In this document: positions 27,701-37,700 of the stretch, one piece after another | Position numbering within the stretch: the first letter of the stretch is position 1 | How the letters are laid out: the number at the start of each line of letters is the position of its first letter | Assembly (NCBI GenBank): GCA_951406725.2 | Contig: OX597815.1 | Location: 100,626,001 to 100,690,000, forward strand | Direction of reading: 5' to 3' | Source of the DNA: Octopus vulgaris | Taxonomy: Eukaryota | Length of the DNA stretch: 64,000 nt | Position numbers and translations under genes: made by a program | The notes under the pieces: model-generated | Databases searched by the model: none | What the model saw: the letters and a program-made list of their open reading frames with translations, nothing else | What the model was told of the DNA's origin: nothing

Positions 27701-30700
27701 GGGGCTGATGACTGAGAGTTGGATACTTCCGAAGATAATGGTTCCATACATGATGGCGATGATGATGAGGAAGAGGAGGAGGCTGACACAGGCACCTTGA
27801 TAGGGTCTTGCACAGATGATGAAATAGGAGTTGCTGATGACTGCTCAGGAAGTTCTAGAGAAGAACATGATGCAGTAGATGAAGAATGTAAATGGGCATC
27901 TTCTGTTAAAGAAGAGGAAGATGTAGTGTGAATGGGTTCAAAAGGATGTGAAGAAGTGTTCTGATTACTAGTTGATTCAACTAAATTAGATGACAGTTCT
28001 GAAGACATCATCAAGTCTTCATCAATTGATGCTGATAGGGGCACTGATTCAGAAGAAGCTGATGATGCCACAATTGGCAAATCAGATTTATTAGATGATG
28101 GGGTAATTACATTAGAATCTGAAAAGTCAGTTGATGATGAAGGAGATGGCAATTTTTGACTGTGTGGAGGAGATCTGTGATTTGTAGATGAACAAGGCGT
28201 TGGAGATGGAGGGAAAGTAGAAGATATCGGTGTCACTGATGGTGAATCAAGTTTACATTCAATTGATTGGGATACTGTTGTTGGTACAATGTCATTAGAT
28301 GATGACAGTGTTGGAAGCTTGCTGTCAGATGATGATGATGATGATGAGAGTCCTAGCAAATCAGTGTCAGATGATGATGATGATGATGATGGACCTGGTG
28401 GTTTAGCACCAGATGATGATGATGATGATGATGAAGGCTCAGGCAACTTGACACTAGACAAAGAAGAAAGCACAGGGGATTTGGCGTCAAATGATGATGA
28501 CAAAGACCTTGATGGTTTACTAGCAGAGTGGAGTGAGTCTGAAGACTCAACAGGACTACAACTGGGAGTTTGTGTTATATTATTAGAAGATGATGGTAGT
28601 ATTCTTTTAGTAGAAGATGAAACTGATGTCTTAGAGCTTGCTACTGGAGTGGCTTTTGGCTTCTTAGAATAAGCAGATGAAGATGGGGCTGTCTCGGATG
28701 AAACAGATGAAGATGGAACAAACTCTTTGGAAAGAACAGAGGATGGGGTTGGTTCGTTGGTAGTGACAGAAGTTGATGACATTAAAGTTAGGTTATTTGG
28801 TGATGGGGCTGATTTAACTTCAGACGAAAGAACTAAATCTTTGGCACAATGAGATGAAGTAACAGAATCTGATGATGTTGAAACACTAGAGGAAGGAGCA
28901 GATGAAGTTAATGACTTACTTTCTACAGGAGACATCCTACTTGGGGACTTAATGGAAGGTAAGCTAGATGTGCATTTGGAGGAGTGATTACCTGATTTAG
29001 ATTGAGAAGGTGAATCAGACTCAATTACAACTTGATTTGATGAGGAAGCTAATTCTGAAGATGACTGAACAGACGATGAAATAGGAGTTGGGGATATGGA
29101 GTTAGAAGAGAATGTAGAAGAGGGAGATTTAGGGTCAGAGATTTCAGAATTTACATTTGAAGAGGAGGATGAAGTATTCTGACAGGAGACAACAACAGCA
29201 GACATTTTTGAACTGGTGGATGATGCAAGTTCTGTAGAGACAGAGTTTGGTGATGATATTATATCTACTGATGAAAGTGTGGTGTTGATACTAGAGGAGG
29301 AGCTTGTTATGGGAGTTAATGAATCAGAAGAGTGAGGCATTTTGGTATCAAAAATGCTAACAGAAACCGATGGGGGAATTGAAGAGGAACTTGGCCCAGA
29401 ATTACATGAAGATGAACTTTTGTTCAGAGAAGAGACACGAGAACTTTTTTCACCAGGTGGGAAGCTATTTCTCAAAGTAGAATTTGCATCTGTAGTATCA
29501 ACACTGACTGTAGAACTAAGAGAAGGAGTGTCAAAACCAGTAGCAGAACTAGAAACTGGGGTGTCACTAGCTGTAGCAGAACTGGAAGCTGGGGCATCAA
29601 TAGCAGAACTAGAAGCTGGAGCACCAGTAGCAGAACTACGAGGTAGAATTTTAATGCCATTAGTAGAATTGGTAGCTAGAGTATTCAGACTAGAGGTAGG
29701 GGTAACTGGTGAAGATTTTGAACCAGAAATTAGGGTAACCTCAGGAGCTGATTTGAGAGATGTCTCAGAATCTTTGATAAAATTGGAAGCTATCTTAGAA
29801 GTAGAGCTAGACGCAGGTTTCTTTTCAACACTAGAAGAGCTAAGTGCTGGTCTCTTGACATTAGAAATGGAGCTGGGAGCTTTTCTTTTGATACCAGATG
29901 TCACACTAGGCTCAAGTGTCTTGTCACTGCTTATGCTGCTCAGTGTTGCTGCTTCACTGCCAGATGTAGAGCTCAACATTGAACTTTTCACATCAAATTT
30001 AGAACTGGAAACTGCTGTTTTGGGATCAGAAATGATGCTAGGCATTGCTGATTTGGAACCAGTTAAAACAACTTTAGGCATTGGAGATTTAAGATTAGAG
30101 ATAGAGGAAGGTGTTGAAGTCTTAGTGATAATGGTAGAACTGGATGTTGAGGTCTTTGGTACAGTACTACAATTAGGAGCAGTGGTAGTCTTGGCTGCAG
30201 TGCTAGAGGAAGAAGCTGTAGTCTTAGAAGTAGAAGTAGGGGGTGTTGTTTTAGATGCAGTGTTAGAAGTAGGGGCTGTTGTCTTAGAAGCAGTGGTAGA
30301 AGTAGAAGTAGGGGGTGTTGTTCTAGATGCAGTGTTAGAAATAGGGGCTGTTGTCTTAGAAGTAGTGGTAGAAGTAGGTGTTGTCTTAGAAGCAGTGGTA
30401 GAAGTAGGTGTTGTTGTCTTAGAAGCAGCGGTAGAAGTAGGAGCTGTTGTCTTAGAAGCAGTGGTAGAAGTAGGGGCTGGTGTCTTAGAAACAATGGTAG
30501 AAGTACGAGTTGTTGTCTTAGAAGCAGTGCTAGAAGTAGGGGGTGTTGTCTTAGAAGCAGAGGTAGAAGTCGGGGGTGTTGTCTTAGAAGCAGTGGTAGA
30601 AGTAGGAGGTGTTGTCTTAGAAGCAGTGGTAGAAGTAGGAGGTGTTGTCTTAGAAGCAGTGGTAGAAGTAGGAGGTGTTGTCTTAGAAGTAGTGGTAGAA

Positions 30701-33700
30701 GTAGGAGCTGTTGTCTTAGAAGCAGCGATAGAAGTAGTAGGTGTTGTCTTAGAAGCAGTGGTAGAAGTAAGAGCTGTTGTCTTGGCAGTGATGGTAGAAG
30801 TAGGAGGTGTTGTCTTAGCAGTGGTGGTAGTAGCTGTAGTCTTGGAAGCAATAGTAGAAATAGGAGCTATAGCCTTAGAAGTAGTGGTAGAGGTAGGAGC
30901 TATAGTCTTAGTAATAGTGTTAGAAGTAGGCACTGTTGTTTTCGATGCAATAGTAGAGGAAGGAGAAGCAATGGTAGAAGTAGTGATAGAGGTAGAAGCT
31001 GTAGTCTTAGAAGTAGTGGTAGGAGTTGTAGTTTTAGTAGTAGTGGTGGTAGAAATAGGAGTTGTGATCTTAGAAGTAGTGGTAGAAGTGGGAACTGTAG
31101 TCTTAGGAGTTGTGGTGGAAGTAGAAACTGTTGGCTTAGATGCAGTGGTAGAAGTAGGCACTGTTGTCTTGGATGCAACAGTAATAGTGGTAGAGGAAGG
31201 AGAAGCAGAGCTGGGTGCCAGAGATTTGGATGTAGTATTGGAAAGGACCACAGTAGATTTGAGGGCAGATTTGGATATAAGTGTGTTGGAGGTTGAAGTA
31301 GAACTGGGTACTGCAGGAGAAGAGGTACAACTAAGTGATAAAGCTTTAGAAGTTGTTGTAGAGGTGACTGTAGCTATCTTGGATGTTGCTGTAGAAGTGG
31401 GTGGTGGTGTCTTGGGGGTTGTTGTAATACTTACTGATGTTTTTGTACTAGATGTAGAACTGGGGGTTGGTGTTTTGCTAGAAGTAGTAGTAGTAGAACT
31501 ACGTGCTGGAACTTTGGGAGTGGTTGCAGAACTGGGTGTTGGTGTTTTGGGGGCAGATGTTGAACTGGGAGTTGGTGTTTTGGTAGAAATAGTGGTAGTA
31601 GTAGTTGTAATAGAACTGGGTGTTGGTGCCTTGGGAGTAGATGTAGAATTTGGGGCTGATATTTTCATGTTAGATGTGGAACTGGGGGCTGATGTCTTGG
31701 TAGTTGCAGAATTGGGGGCTGGTGTTTTGGTGCTAGATGTAGAACTGGGGGCTGGTGCCTTGGGAGTAGCTGTAGAACTGGGTGCTGGTGCTTTGGGAGC
31801 AGTTGTAGAACTGGGGGCTGGTGCCTTGGGAGTAGTTGTAGAACTGGGGGCAGGTGCCTTGGGAGCAGTTGTAGAACTGGGGGCAGGTGCCTTGGGAGCA
31901 GTTGTAGAACTGGGAGTTGGTGCCTTGGGAGTAGTTGAAGAACTGGGGGTTGGTGCCTTGGGAGCAGTTGTAGAACTGGGGGCTGGTGCCTTGGGAGTAG
32001 TTGTAGAACTAGGGGTGGGTGCCTTGGGAGTAGTGGTAGAACTAGGGGCTGGTGTCTTGAGAGAAGTGGCAGAACTGGGGGCTGGTGCCTTGGGAGTAGT
32101 TGTAGAACTGGGAGTTGGTGCCTTGGAAGTTGCTGTAGAACTGGGAGTTGGTGTCTTGGGAGTAGCTGTAGATCTGAGTGCTGGTGTCTTGATGGTAGAT
32201 GTGGAACTAGGGGCTGGCATCTTGGTAGATGTAGAACTGGGGACTGGTGTCTTGGCAGATGTGGAACTGGGAGTGGGTGTTTTGTTAGATGTGGAACTGG
32301 GGGTAGGTGTTTTGCTAGATGTGGAACTGGGGGTGGGTGCCCTGTTAGATGTGGAACTGGGGGTTGGCGTCTTGGTAGAGGTGGAACTGGGGTATGGTGC
32401 CTTGGTAGAGGTGGAACTGGGGGCTGGTGCTTTGGTAGAGGTGGAACTGGGAGCTGGTGCCTTGGAAGAGGTGCAACTAGGGGCTGGTGCCTTGGAAGAG
32501 GTGGAACTGGGGGCTGGTGTCTTGGTAGAGGTGGAACTGGGGGCTGGTGTCTTGGTAGAGGTGGAACTGGGGGATGGTGCCTTGGTGATAGCTGAAGAGG
32601 TGGGTTCTGGTGTCTTGGGAGCAGATGTTGAGCTGAGAGCTGGGGCCCTAGAAACAGCTGTAGTGGTTGGTGATATGGATTTAGCTGTAGAGTTGGATGC
32701 TAGTATTTTGGGGGTATCTGTAGAACTGAATGCTGGTGTCTTGGGGGCTGAAGAAGAGCTGGGTATTGAGGTTTTGAGAGTTGAAGAGCTAGGGGTAGGT
32801 GGTGAGTTTGGTGATGGAAGGTGGGGGGTACATGTAGAAGTTGGTGATGATGCATTGTGGGTAGTTGTAGAAGTGGGTGCTGGTATTGTAGAAATGGGTG
32901 TTGGTGTTGTAGGAGATGAAGATGAGTTGGGTGATGATGTTTGTAAGGTTGAAGAAGAGCTTGGTGTTTGTGTCTTGGGGGCAGTTGTAGAAGTTGGTGC
33001 TTGAGTCTTGGGGACAGAGGTAGAGCTGGGAGCCAGGCTCTTAGGGAAAGATACAGAACTGAAGGCCTGTGTTTTGGGAGTAGTTGTAGAGGTGGGTGCT
33101 GGTGTCTTTGGAGCAGAAGTAGAGGTGGGTGCTGGTGTATTGGGGGAAGAGGTTGAGTTGGGTGCTGGTGATTCAGAGGCAGGGACTTGTGACTTAGGAA
33201 TAATTGTAGAGGTGAGCACTGGTGTTTTAGAGGCAGATGCAGAGCTAGGTGCTGGTATCTTAGAAGCAATTGTAGAGCTGATTGCCGGTGTCTTAGAGAC
33301 AGCTGTAATGCTTGGGACTGCTGTCTTGGGTGCAGCTGTAGAAATGGATGCTGATGTGTTAGGGGAAGATGTAGAAGTGATTACTGGTGTTTTGTGGGTA
33401 ATAGTAGAAGTAGTTGCTGGTGTCTTAGGATTAGTTGTAGAAGTGGGTGCTGGTGTCTTAGGCGCAGCTGTGGAAATGGATGCTGATGGCATGGGGGTAG
33501 ATGTAGAAGTGGTTGCTGGTGTTTTGGGGGTAGTTGTAGAGGTAAATGCTAATGTTTTGGGGGTAGATGTAGAAGTGGGTGCTGGTGTCTTGGGGGTAGT
33601 AGTAGAGATAGATCCTGATGTCTTGGATGTAGCAGGAGAAAGGGGTGTTGATGTTTTGGGAATAGTTGTAGAAGGGGGTGTCTTGGGGGTAGTTATAGAG

Positions 33701-34761
33701 GCAGCTGTTGGTGGCTTGGGGGTAGTTGTAGAAGTGGGCGCTGTTGGTTTGGTCTTGAGTGAAGATGCAGTATTGGCAGCCAAGGTCTTTGTTGTAGAAA
33801 CAATACTGGCTGGTGAAGCCTTGTGGGTAGAATTAGTGCTATGTGAAGGGACCTGTGGGGAAGATGTAGAGCTAGATGCCAAATTCTTTTGAATACAAAT
33901 AGAAACTGATGTTGGAGTACTGTGTTGAGAGCTTGAACTGGGCAATGGAATTATAGGAAGAGTTGTAGTGGTAGTTTCTGAAGCGTTAGATGTAGAGTTA
34001 AGAGTTAAAGACTTGGAGGAAGATGTAGAGGTGAGCACTGTTGTTTTGAGAGCAGATGAAGTTGTGGGTGTTAGCATTCTTGGGATGTCTGTTGTGGTAG
34101 AGACTGGTGTCTTTGAGGCATTTGTAGTAGTGGAAGCTGGTGTTTTTTGGACATCTATGGTGGTGGAGGCTGGTGTCTTTGGGACATCTGTAGTAGAGGC
34201 TGGTGTCTTTAGGACATTTGTTGTGATGGAGGCTGGGGTCTTTGCAGCATCTATAGTGGTGGAGACTGGTGTTTTTGGGACATCTGTTATGGTGGAGGCT
34301 TGTGTTTTTGAGACATTTGTTGTGGTGGGGGCTGGAGTCTTTTGGGCTTCTGTTGTGGTGGAGGCTGGTGTCTTTGTGGCATCTGTAGTGGTGGAGGCTG
34401 GTGTCTTTGGGGAGTCTACAGTAGTGGAGGCTGGTGTCTTGGAGAAAGACACTTGAGTTTTGACTGTAGATATTTTTGTAGTTGTTGATGTTTTAGGGAC
34501 AGTTGTCACAGTGGGTGCTGCTGCATTAGAGGAAGATGTGGTGGGGGCTGGTGTCTTGGAGGCAACTGTAGAGGTGCTTGTTTGGATTTTAGGAACAGAT
34601 GTAGAACTAGGAACTGGCATCTTGGGAGTAGCTGTAGAACAGGGTACTGGAGTTTTGAGAACAGGTGAAGAGTTTGGGGTAACTGTAGTAATGGTTGCTG
34701 AAATTTTTGAGAGAGATATAGAGCTGGGAGAAGCAGTAGTACTAGGTGCTGTAATTTTGGG
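24757..34761 (-). CDS. ZNF292/RLF/ZNF654-like gene, terminal exon 3' part (after the frameshift): Ser/Thr/Pro/Lys repeats, AT-hook, Cys cluster, basic NLS-like segments
   Basis: Stop-free frame from 34800 to TAA at 24759-24757 (the track ORF from the first ATG is 3287 aa). Composition continues that of the upstream frame. Contains RRLRGRPRK and KRKRSPSPQPNKRR. Confidence 0.85.
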   Translation of the reverse strand, partial: PKITAPSTTASPSSISLSKISATITTVTPNSSPVLKTPVPCSTATPKMPVPSSTSVPKIQTSTSTVASKTPAPTTSSSNAAAPTVTTVPKTSTTTKISTVKTQVSFSKTPASTTVDSPKTPASTTTDATKTPASTTTEAQKTPAPTTTNVSKTQASTITDVPKTPVSTTIDAAKTPASITTNVLKTPASTTDVPKTPASTTIDVQKTPASTTTNASKTPVSTTTDIPRMLTPTTSSALKTTVLTSTSSSKSLTLNSTSNASETTTTTLPIIPLPSSSSQHSTPTSVSICIQKNLASSSTSSPQVPSHSTNSTHKASPASIVSTTKTLAANTASSLKTKPTAPTSTTTPKPPTAASITTPKTPPSTTIPKTSTPLSPATSKTSGSISTTTPKTPAPTSTSTPKTLAFTSTTTPKTPATTSTSTPMPSASISTAAPKTPAPTSTTNPKTPATTSTITHKTPVITSTSSPNTSASISTAAPKTAVPSITAVSKTPAISSTIASKIPAPSSASASKTPVLTSTIIPKSQVPASESPAPNSTSSPNTPAPTSTSAPKTPAPTSTTTPKTQAFSSVSFPKSLAPSSTSVPKTQAPTSTTAPKTQTPSSSSTLQTSSPNSSSSPTTPTPISTIPAPTSTTTHNASSPTSTCTPHLPSPNSPPTPSSSTLKTSIPSSSSAPKTPAFSSTDTPKILASNSTAKSISPTTTAVSRAPALSSTSAPKTPEPTSSAITKAPSPSSTSTKTPAPSSTSTKTPAPSSTSSKAPAPSCTSSKAPAPSSTSTKAPAPSSTSTKAPYPSSTSTKTPTPSSTSNRAPTPSSTSSKTPTPSSTSNKTPTPSSTSAKTPVPSSTSTKMPAPSSTSTIKTPALRSTATPKTPTPSSTATSKAPTPSSTTTPKAPAPSSATSLKTPAPSSTTTPKAPTPSSTTTPKAPAPSSTTAPKAPTPSSSTTPKAPTPSSTTAPKAPAPSSTTAPKAPAPSSTTTPKAPAPSSTTAPKAPAPSSTATPKAPAPSSTSSTKTPAPNSATTKTSAPSSTSNMKISAPNSTSTPKAPTPSSITTTTTTISTKTPTPSSTSAPKTPTPSSATTPKVPARSSTTTTSSKTPTPSSTSSTKTSVSITTTPKTPPPTSTATSKIATVTSTTTSKALSLSCTSSPAVPSSTSTSNTLISKSALKSTVVLSNTTSKSLAPSSASPSSTTITVASKTTVPTSTTASKPTVSTSTTTPKTTVPTSTTTSKITTPISTTTTTKTTTPTTTSKTTASTSITTSTIASPSSTIASKTTVPTSNTITKTIAPTSTTTSKAIAPISTIASKTTATTTTAKTTPPTSTITAKTTALTSTTASKTTPTTSIAASKTTAPTSTTTSKTTPPTSTTASKTTPPTSTTASKTTPPTSTTASKTTPPTSTSASKTTPPTSSTASKTTTRTSTIVSKTPAPTSTTASKTTAPTSTAASKTTTPTSTTASKTTPTSTTTSKTTAPISNTASRTTPPTSTSTTASKTTAPTSNTASKTTPPTSTSKTTASSSSTAAKTTTAPNCSTVPKTSTSSSTIITKTSTPSSISNLKSPMPKVVLTGSKSAMPSIISDPKTAVSSSKFDVKSSMLSSTSGSEAATLSSISSDKTLEPSVTSGIKRKAPSSISNVKRPALSSSSVEKKPASSSTSKIASNFIKDSETSLKSAPEVTLISGSKSSPVTPTSSLNTLATNSTNGIKILPRSSATGAPASSSAIDAPASSSATASDTPVSSSATGFDTPSLSSTVSVDTTDANSTLRNSFPPGEKSSRVSSLNKSSSSCNSGPSSSSIPPSVSVSIFDTKMPHSSDSLTPITSSSSSINTTLSSVDIISSPNSVSTELASSTSSKMSAVVVSCQNTSSSSSNVNSEISDPKSPSSTFSSNSISPTPISSSVQSSSELASSSNQVVIESDSPSQSKSGNHSSKCTSSLPSIKSPSRMSPVESKSLTSSAPSSSVSTSSDSVTSSHCAKDLVLSSEVKSAPSPNNLTLMSSTSVTTNEPTPSSVLSKEFVPSSSVSSETAPSSSAYSKKPKATPVASSKTSVSSSTKRILPSSSNNITQTPSCSPVESSDSLHSASKPSRSLSSSFDAKSPVLSSLSSVKLPEPSSSSSSSSGAKPPGPSSSSSSSDTDLLGLSSSSSSSDSKLPTLSSSNDIVPTTVSQSIECKLDSPSVTPISSTFPPSPTPCSSTNHRSPPHSQKLPSPSSSTDFSDSNVITPSSNKSDLPIVASSASSESVPLSASIDEDLMMSSELSSNLVESTSNQNTSSHPFEPIHTTSSSSLTEDAHLHSSSTASCSSLELPEQSSATPISSSVQDPIKVPVSASSSSSSSSPSCMEPLSSEVSNSQSSAPVSCIKESQKLINSAADSLSPTLNTASPSNMVQQTSVASTPCLSSKLPFKLISSSSAESSSSSSSSSSSSETSDLVISVNSSSNIPVSHKVCNSPNVDTGLKPSLCEDEQNALESLVNSKTESDLTKEMTENLEPENTSTSQKSEEDAQLPGTSVDIDPNKYLEQISENSVEEKPSENNTEIKTTSVSSDTLGAEQLISKTKSDVNEGQPVSCSDVASQPSDFKCELANSSDTEISRLLCDGKKPVGDVTGAPQKSCDIKCDLSVTDDIKTNENFNSQTLIADTDQSVMESDIKEDKNLESGEKERASSESQTEIKTEKSTSIKTYSSSKVDIKTDSKVKCEVEEKSEVGISYNSQSKSTIKDDSSDICKNEKQEQVTCEEDDLQSFNKSSKCEELALQLQENSCHSEESTDSGSRRLRGRPRKTSAETVSAEQMKTQLLNPGNIINLRLRRDRPSLKNGKCKYCCCKKRCQASCVQNKCMGCILDGNSICRCSLKESLMKNIQSIALSVNTMCMNCHGKNKRSVRACKRKRSPSPQPNKRRGVLQSQVKPSTTTNQKSSKNSSKVSRTNFKTKLTTTPHKTIAKSPHKKSLTKTPSKKVIGVELKKISREPSKQKEPRCKLKKKLSVNLLKENPVVSLKQMSSLESLSASQTSKKEDSTKHVSTRRSLRSRKSLDESTPVLQQMRRSKSEQKLDSNNDSASKYQIDLALTDNMNDTKISSKLSQDHLRTNSKSNAAQPCCSTADDCCSTCADNFNKKFVDNRALKELRQRVKLGPFKWDLEESDTGGRAHTNDESNKSNNANTVSTCNTSVSNTSSSSSSSKVSENTLQVSQLTPSSSASSSSSMDDELVKTSMTPPIRTYSRTQSPTSRIRVGRTYSKASDYQALPPGVIPIVDCLRASSRSSASHLCDMPRVHVVRVDKKGNMFETREPYPLPRTPVDTDISRSVLDEEKVSGQRWKLQRTKMKTDGYPFSFKKTRIQ
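30230..30820 (-). repeat. Coding minisatellite, 33-bp unit (ASKTTPPTSTT)
   Basis: Repeated gtcttagaagcagtggtagaagtaggaggtgtt on +. Confidence 0.9.
31730..32580 (-). repeat. Coding minisatellites: 33-bp unit (PKAPAPSSTTA) then 30-bp unit (KTPAPSSTST)
   Basis: Repeated gtagaactgggggctggtgccttgggagcagtt and gtggaactgggggctggtgtcttggtagag. Confidence 0.9.
34090..34445 (-). repeat. Coding minisatellite, 33-bp unit (PKTPASTTTDx)
   Basis: Repeated gtggtggaggctggtgtctttg on +. Confidence 0.85.
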
Positions 34762-37700
34762 AGAGATGCAGAGTTGGGGGTCGGTGCTGTAGAGGTTGCT
34801 TTAACACTGGGTGCTGGAGTTTTGTAGGAAAAAACAGAGTTAGGAGCTGATGAATTGGAGGTGGTTGTAGGAGTGAGTGTTGTTGTTTTGGAGATAGGTG
34901 TAGAACTGAGTGTTGGAGTTTTAGGGATGGGTGTGTTGAGGGAAGTTGCAGAACCAGAGTCAGGTGTCCTGGGGGTAGTAGTAGAACTAGGTGCTGGAGT
35001 TTTGGAGGAAATGGTAGAAATAGGGGCTGGTGTTTTAGAGACAGCTGTTGAGGTGAGTGATTGAGTTTTGGGGACATATGTAGAGCTGGAGACTGGTATA
35101 TTAGGGGAAGATGTAGAACTAGGTGCTGGAGCTTTGGAGACAAATGTAGAGTGAGAAGCTGGTGCCTTGGGGGAAGATGTAGAGTTAGAGGGAACAGATG
35201 TACAGCTGAGATCCAGAGTTTGAGGGTTAGCTGTAGAAGTAGTAGATGATGTGCAAGGAGAATATGTAGGCTTAGGGGGATATGTAGAGCTGGGTGTTGG
35301 TGTCACAGAAACTGATATGACTGGTGTTGTGATGGAGAATGAGTCACTGGAAGTTATTGGTTTCTGAGGTCCAGAGGTATCAAGAGATTTTGTTTTAATA
35401 GATGTGCTGTTAGGTGGCACTGTTTTGAGAATGGTAGATTTTACTGAGTTGGGAGTGGAGGATGAAACTGTACTAGAAAGTTTGGTGACAGAAGAAACTG
35501 AATCAAGTGCTTTAGGTAAAGTAGAAGTGGTATTAGTAGTTAAACTGGTAGGTAGCATCTTAGAATTATCTGTTGCTGAGCTGAAAGCTGATGTTTCGAG
35601 GCTACCTGAGGAGCTAGCAACTAAATCCCGAGAAATATCTGTTAAGCTGCCATCTAGTGCTTTCAAACTGTCAGAGCTGGGGACTGATATATGTGGAGAA
35701 TCAGAAATTCTGAGAGCTGATGTTTTTGGACTATCAGTTGAAGTTCTAGGATTAAGAGTAGAGCTGGAAGCTGTTGTGATAGAGGTATCAGTGGAGGTGG
35801 GTGCTAAGGTCTTACAGTTATCAGAAGAGCTAGAAGCCAACATCTTGGGACCATCAGAAGAAATGGGCACCAAGGTCTTGGGGCTACTGATAGAGCTGGA
35901 AGCCAAGATTTTAGGACTATCAGTCAAGTCGGGAGCTGAGGTTTTGGTGCCAAGAGATTTGCTGTCCGATGAGGTTGTGAAACTACCACTTGATCTCATA
36001 GAATTAGGATCATTAAGTGCTAGTGGCTTTGTATCAGCACTTGAACTAATAGTTTTTAGTCCAGCTGACAAAAGTTGTGGATCAGATGAACTGGGAATTG
36101 AAGTCTTAGATGTTGACAATGAACTAGAAGCAGTAATACCAGAGGTTAACGGCAATGATTCAGATATATTGGGTGTACATGAAGATGAAGACAAGTCAGT
36201 AACTAATGTCTTGGTATCAGATGTACTTCTTTTTGTAGTTTGTAGATCAGAGGAGTTCGGTGTAGAAGTGGAGCTGGGAGTAGGAGTAGATATCTTCAAA
36301 GGAGCAGGAGAAGTAGAGATAGGCTGGGGATCTCTTTCAGTTGTAACAGAGATGGTAACTGGAGTCTTTTCAGTCACAGTAGGATTGGAAGTTGGAGGTG
36401 ACTTACTCATAATGTTGACATTGGAACTTGAAGAAATAGATGTGGAAATGTTGAGATCAGAAGAACTAGGAGTTGGGGGCTGTACAAAACTATCACTGGA
36501 TGCTTTGGTGTTAGAAGTTGATGCAGAAACAGGACTAGCCAAAACAGTGGGAACAAGGGATGATGTACCAGAAGAATCGGCCAAGTGATTATTGATAACT
36601 GACAGAGAACTGGCAGCAGAATTATTAGTTGAGTTCTTAAGAAGAGGAGAACAATTAGTTGAGATACTGGGAGTAACTGAACAAGAAACCCTCAAATTGT
36701 TTTCAGAAACAACAGGTAATATCTTTGCAGGAGTGAGAGAATGAGATAAACTAGCAGACTGAGGTGTGTTTTTGAGTCCTAGGGAGTTATTCTGAGCATT
36801 AAAATTTTGCTTATCAAATGAACTAGAAGATGAGGTTTCAGATGATGAACAGGATTTTGGAGTGTCAGTGGCAGGCAAGGAACCAGAAATAGAAGTGTTG
36901 GCAACTGCAGTTTCAGTAGAAGACAAAGAACTGGAAACTGAAGTCTTGATAACAGGGAGGATGTCAGATGCCCTATTATCATTAATATGTAATGAACTTG
37001 GTATTAGAGCATTGGTAGTAGATGAGGAGCTGGCCACTATAGATGATGGGATCATAGTAGAGGAAGAGGTAAAAGTTGAAGTATCAGTAGCAGAAGAGGA
37101 AGTGAATGTTGAGGAGTTGGATACTGGAACCTTAGCATTAGGTGATGAGCTAAGTTCTGGATTTTTAGTGGCAGATGGAATAACCCTGACACTAGGTACT
37201 TCAGACATTATGTCTGATGATGAATTAGAAACTAGTAGTGGGGTACTTTTTGATGAGTCTGGACCAAGTGGAATTGGAGTAGAAGAAACAAGTTTAGTAT
37301 TTGGAGATAAACTTGATACCGAAACCTTTGGGTCTGATGATGAGATATTGGTTGATGTTTCAGTATATGGAGGCAAACTAAGAGTTGGAGTAATAATATT
37401 TGTAGATAAGCAAGGGACCAAAATCTTGGGATCTACTGAAGAAATGGGAGTTTGGAGTTTTATTGGTGAAAGTGATACATTTAGATGAGGGAAAGTGTTT
37501 TTGCTTGAAGTAGCAGTGCAAAACTGTGGACTATGTAGAGAGTGAGGAGTAGTTTGTAGGGTACTAGAGCCTAATGTACTGGGTAGTGAAGTTTGTGTGT
37601 CAGAACTAAAAGGAACAGAGTGAGAAGAGGATGGAGTTAAATGAGTAGATGGTACTGGAGAAATAGCTTTAGAGACAACAGATTGCTTAGAAGAATAGGT

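Noticed and set aside
28353-30851. Poly-His and Leu/Arg/Gln/His-repeat ORFs on the minus strand
   Set aside because: Alternative-frame readings of poly-Ser (TCA)n and of the 33-bp repeat within the real ORF.
30230-32580. CRISPR-like regular repeat array
   Set aside because: Contiguous tandem coding repeats without unique spacers, in a eukaryotic exon.
29342-33004. 1220-aa Val/Glu/Gly/Leu-rich plus-strand ORF (and similar ones at 33008, 33968, 35404, 36862)
   Set aside because: Shadow ORFs. In this offset antisense frame a stop needs a Tyr, His or Gln codon on the coding strand, and the Ser/Thr/Pro/Lys repeats nearly lack these.
34815-34850. Branch point/polypyrimidine/CAG-like signal on the minus strand that might allow an intron to fix the frameshift
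   Set aside because: Splicing into the downstream frame there meets TAA at 34803-34801, and the nearest GT-AG pair bypassing it is only ~21 nt.
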